Shown here piece by piece: positions 58,688 through 60,965 of a stretch of 60,965 bases of DNA; positions within the stretch are counted from its first letter, which is position 1, and the number at the start of each line of letters is the position of its first letter. The notes below the pieces were generated by a model, which made no database searches, was not told the origin of the DNA, and was given only the letters and a program-made list of their open reading frames with translations. This stretch comes from an uncultured Pelagibacteraceae bacterium. Its GTDB lineage: Bacteria; Pseudomonadota; Alphaproteobacteria; Pelagibacterales; Pelagibacteraceae. The translations under genes were made by a program, and so were the position numbers. Location of the stretch: assembly GCA_902606665.1 (NCBI GenBank), contig CACLHE010000001.1, positions 1 to 60,965 on the forward strand, in the 5' to 3' direction.

Positions 58688-60211
58688 TTAAGCAGATATT
58701 AGTTTTGGAAACAATTTTTGTATTATTGATATTGTATAAGATTCAATAGGTAATTTAAAAAATTTGTATTTAAATCTCATTCTCGCTATTGGGTGATACA
58801 TTATAAATGCCAATTTACCAAAAGTGGTTGTATATTTAAGTTTAGCATTTTTGCTTGCAAAAACAGAGGAGATCATAACCATTGATAGTTCTCTTCGTTT
58901 TGAATTAGATAACCAATTTTTATTTTTGAAGAACCATGAACTATGATAATCAATGTCTGTCCAACCTTCTAATGTTGTTGGTTGCTTAAAGTATTTAGAA
59001 ACATTATCAAACATTTTTGTGCCTATTATAGGTAAGTAAACAGAAAACATTGGAAAGATGTTAGGATTATCTTTTTGTAATTGAAGGAAAAAGCTAACTG
59101 TTTCATTTCTTTCTTCATCAGTCTCTGTTGGAAAACCAACAATGAATGTATATTTTGTTTTAAACGGAAGAATTGATATTATTTTATTTGCTTTTAACAT
59201 ATTATCTTTAGTGTCAGCCTTAGTCATCCACTTGAGCATTCTCTCGGAACCAGACTCTATTCCAATATCTAATGATCTGCAGCCACTTTCCCAAAGTAAT
59301 TTTATATCATCTTCATTTAATTTACTTATTAGATTTGCTCTTATACCTGTAGATGTCCAAGTTATCTTTGGTGTAATTTTTGCCAAAGCAGAAGTAAATT
59401 CTAAAAAGTGTCTTCTTCCTGCAATAGTTAAATCATCAACAAAAACAAAACTGTTATATCCATATTTGCTTTGTAACATTTTAATTTTTGCTACAACTTT
59501 TGGCACAGATAATGTTCTCATTTTTCTTTCTTGAAGCGCTTCATTTCCACAAAAAGTACAAGCAAACGGACATCCGCGCGAAGTTTGAAAGGATGCAGAC
59601 ACTCCATTTCCAAGATTAGCAGCATTGTATTTTGATAAATCAAGTAATTCGTACGGTGTGTCAGGAAGAGAATCCATATCCATAATTAAAGGATTGTAGC
59701 CTGTAAATTTTATTTTGCTGCCTTCGCTATTTTTTTTAAAGTAATAAATACCTTTTATTTTATCCAGAGCATCACTTTTTAAAACGTCATCCAATTTATT
59801 TTTCTCAAATATTTTAGTAACCTCATAAAAAGTAAAATCTCCTTCACCTTTCATTACTATATCTATTCCTTCGTGTTGCAAACTTTGTTCAGGTAAAAGA
59901 GTTGCATGCACACCTCCAAATATTATAGGTATTGATTTGTCAAATTTTTTTATCATGTCTACACAGATTATAAGATCTTTAAGGGAAGGGCCTGTTAACG
60001 CTGTTATGCCGACACAAATAGGTCTTCCTTCTTTAAGATAATCGGCTAATGATTGTTGCCAATTTTTTATAACTCTTAAATCAAGTATTTTAACGTCATA
60101 ACCTTTTGCATGCGGTAGTGCTGCTATTGATAAAATTGATTCAGGGAAGCGGATAAAAACTCCATCCCAAATCCCATGAGTAGGCTGAATTAATAATAAT
60201 CTTTTATTCAT
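58688..60211 (-). CDS. radical SAM enzyme with an N-terminal B12-binding-type domain (class B-like), substrate unknown
   Basis: It has the CxxxCxxC cluster motif in TSRGCPFACTFCGNE. The N-terminal Rossmann-like region (LLLIQP...ICVGITALTG...PIIFGGVHATL) resembles cobalamin-binding domains of class B radical SAM proteins. Confidence 0.8.
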   Translation of the reverse strand: MNKRLLLIQPTHGIWDGVFIRFPESILSIAALPHAKGYDVKILDLRVIKNWQQSLADYLKEGRPICVGITALTGPSLKDLIICVDMIKKFDKSIPIIFGGVHATLLPEQSLQHEGIDIVMKGEGDFTFYEVTKIFEKNKLDDVLKSDALDKIKGIYYFKKNSEGSKIKFTGYNPLIMDMDSLPDTPYELLDLSKYNAANLGNGVSASFQTSRGCPFACTFCGNEALQERKMRTLSVPKVVAKIKMLQSKYGYNSFVFVDDLTIAGRRHFLEFTSALAKITPKITWTSTGIRANLISKLNEDDIKLLWESGCRSLDIGIESGSERMLKWMTKADTKDNMLKANKIISILPFKTKYTFIVGFPTETDEERNETVSFFLQLQKDNPNIFPMFSVYLPIIGTKMFDNVSKYFKQPTTLEGWTDIDYHSSWFFKNKNWLSNSKRRELSMVMISSVFASKNAKLKYTTTFGKLAFIMYHPIARMRFKYKFFKLPIESYTISIIQKLFPKLISA

Positions 60212-60294
60212 AAATTTTTAGCAGTAAAAAATTTTTCTAAAATATGATTCATGGTTAAATATAATATATACACGCAATTCAGCAACAAAAAATT

Positions 60295-60342
60295 TGTAAA
60301 ATTTTTGTCACATGAACACCAATTGATGTCAAATTTTTGACA
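60295..60342. promoter_or_regulatory. two related 16-bp palindromic boxes (candidate operators) in the divergent control region
   Basis: The boxes are TGTAAAATTTTTGTCA (60295-60310) and TGTCAAATTTTTGACA (60327-60342). The second is a perfect 7+2+7 palindrome. Their centres are 32 bp apart. Confidence 0.3.
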
Positions 60343-60476
60343 AATTTTAAGGATTTTTAATTTAAATTGGGTAAATAACTTCGAATAGTATTATCTTGCC
60401 TTTAGTTTTGTGATTGGAGTAGAAGTTATAGGCAAATATGATAGAAGTAGAGCACCCAGTAATTTAACTAAATTTT

Positions 60477-60965
60477 ATGCTTTTTTCATTAAATTTTCTA
60501 GAGTTCTTACCTTTAGAAATATTATATTTATATTTCTTTTTTATTTTTAGTGCAGTAATCGCATTATCTTATCCATTTGGAAGATATGTTCTATATAATT
60601 ATTGTGAGAATAGCCTAATAAAGAATTCTATATTTTCTATATCAGTTTTTGCTTCAATAATTTCAATATTTATGAATCTAGCCCCAATCTTGACTAAATA
60701 TATATTTGTTATCTTCTTTGTAATAAATTTATCTATATTAGCAATCAGCCCAAATACTAGAAAAGATTTTTCTAAAGCAATTACTTCATGCAAATTTTTA
60801 TTTTTTACTACCCTCCTAGTTTTTCTAGCACTTAGCACAAAATTTAGTTTTTTTGATATTGAAAATGGTAATCTAATATATCTTTTTGACCATCATTATA
60901 CATATTTTTGGGATCCTATAGGTGAAATTTTTGAGGCTGATTATTTCTCAAGATTAAAAATAATA
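60477..60965 (+). CDS. polytopic integral membrane protein, N-terminal 163 codons (3' end outside the window), function unknown
   Basis: The ATG at 60477 opens a frame with no stop to the window end. This ORF is absent from the supplied ORF track. The translation MLFSLNFLEFLPLEILYLYFFFIFSAVIALSYPFGRYVLYNY...SIFSISVFASIISIFMNLAPILTKYIFVIFFVINLSILAIS...FLFFTTLLVFLALS has at least four hydrophobic helices. Confidence 0.6.
   Translation, partial: MLFSLNFLEFLPLEILYLYFFFIFSAVIALSYPFGRYVLYNYCENSLIKNSIFSISVFASIISIFMNLAPILTKYIFVIFFVINLSILAISPNTRKDFSKAITSCKFLFFTTLLVFLALSTKFSFFDIENGNLIYLFDHHYTYFWDPIGEIFEADYFSRLKII

Noticed and set aside
59142-59534. A 130-aa + strand ORF inside the radical SAM gene. 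Similar antisense ORFs occur at 13140-13472 (in dnaB), 23807-24205 (in lptG), 10402-10713 (in the RND exporter) and 41492-41845 (in mrcA).
   Set aside because: All lie wholly antisense to genes carrying clear family motifs, and their hydrophobic low-complexity translations are typical of reverse-frame AT-rich codons.
10134-60211. A functional link between the HpnN-like RND exporter (10.1-12.6 kb) and the B12-type radical SAM gene (58.7-60.2 kb), as a hopanoid methylation and export system (HpnP/HpnN analogy).
   Set aside because: The genes are 46 kb apart, separated by unrelated housekeeping operons, and no squalene-hopene cyclase or other hpn genes are present. The analogy rests only on broad superfamily membership.
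60375-60429. An 8-bp inverted repeat ATAACTTC...GAAGTTAT with a 39-nt loop, plus interleaved GCCT/AGGC and GGGT/ACCC pairings upstream of the membrane-protein ORF, which could be a riboswitch or pseudoknot.
   Set aside because: The long loop, AT-rich arms and non-nested short helices are compatible with chance. I recognise no known riboswitch core. It is worth revisiting only if covariation appears in alignments.
1-60965. A whole-window scan for prophage, IS elements, integrases, toxin-antitoxin pairs, restriction-modification, CRISPR-Cas or other defence islands, and for tRNA, rRNA, tmRNA, SRP or RNase P RNA genes.
   Set aside because: Every ORF of 60 aa or more is either assigned to a housekeeping family or is an antisense shadow. 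No non-coding gap exceeds 265 bp, and none shows tRNA-like cloverleaf arms or spacer-repeat periodicity.

Overview
This window is visibly AT-rich (roughly 30% G+C by eye) and extremely gene-dense. By my tally of gaps, only about 1.6 kb of 61 kb is non-coding, and many neighbouring genes overlap by 1-20 nt. From composition, packing and gene order I infer core chromosome of a streamlined marine alphaproteobacterium of the SAR11/Pelagibacter type. I support 62 protein-coding genes, nearly all housekeeping. In order they are: alaS (partial), icd, psd-pssA, rlmE, panB, yfgM-like/bamB, purF-cvpA, an RND/MMPL exporter, dnaB, rpsF-rpsR-rplI, fabD-fabG-acpP, gmk, the lptF-lptG-lptD-surA-pdxA-rsmA envelope cluster, pepA, ndk, purN-purM, hdaA, aspS, an NDUFA12-like/DUF2155 pair, aroQ-accB-accC, thiS-thiG, RNase E/G, PBP1A, prfB (with its classic programmed +1 frameshift), a YhdP/AsmA-like protein, tyrS, anmK, an eight-gene Rrf2-sufBCDS-sufU-sufT-sufA operon, glnA, nnrD, ybaK and an EamA transporter. 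At the right edge sit a B12-binding-type radical SAM enzyme and a partial polytopic membrane protein. I found no rRNA, tRNA, CRISPR array, transposase, integrase, phage gene or recognisable defence gene. I do not see a convincing novel multi-gene system here. The best leads are: (1) the right-hand edge, where a radical SAM gene is followed by the longest non-coding gap (containing paired palindromic boxes) and an unknown membrane protein; (2) an orphan ORF resembling the C-terminal module of class II ribonucleotide reductase with no catalytic part; (3) a 62-aa ORF with a near-consensus promoter placed so close that the mRNA would be leaderless; (4) an IscR-type operator overlapping the suf promoter. 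All functional calls rest on motif and family recognition by eye; no database search was run.
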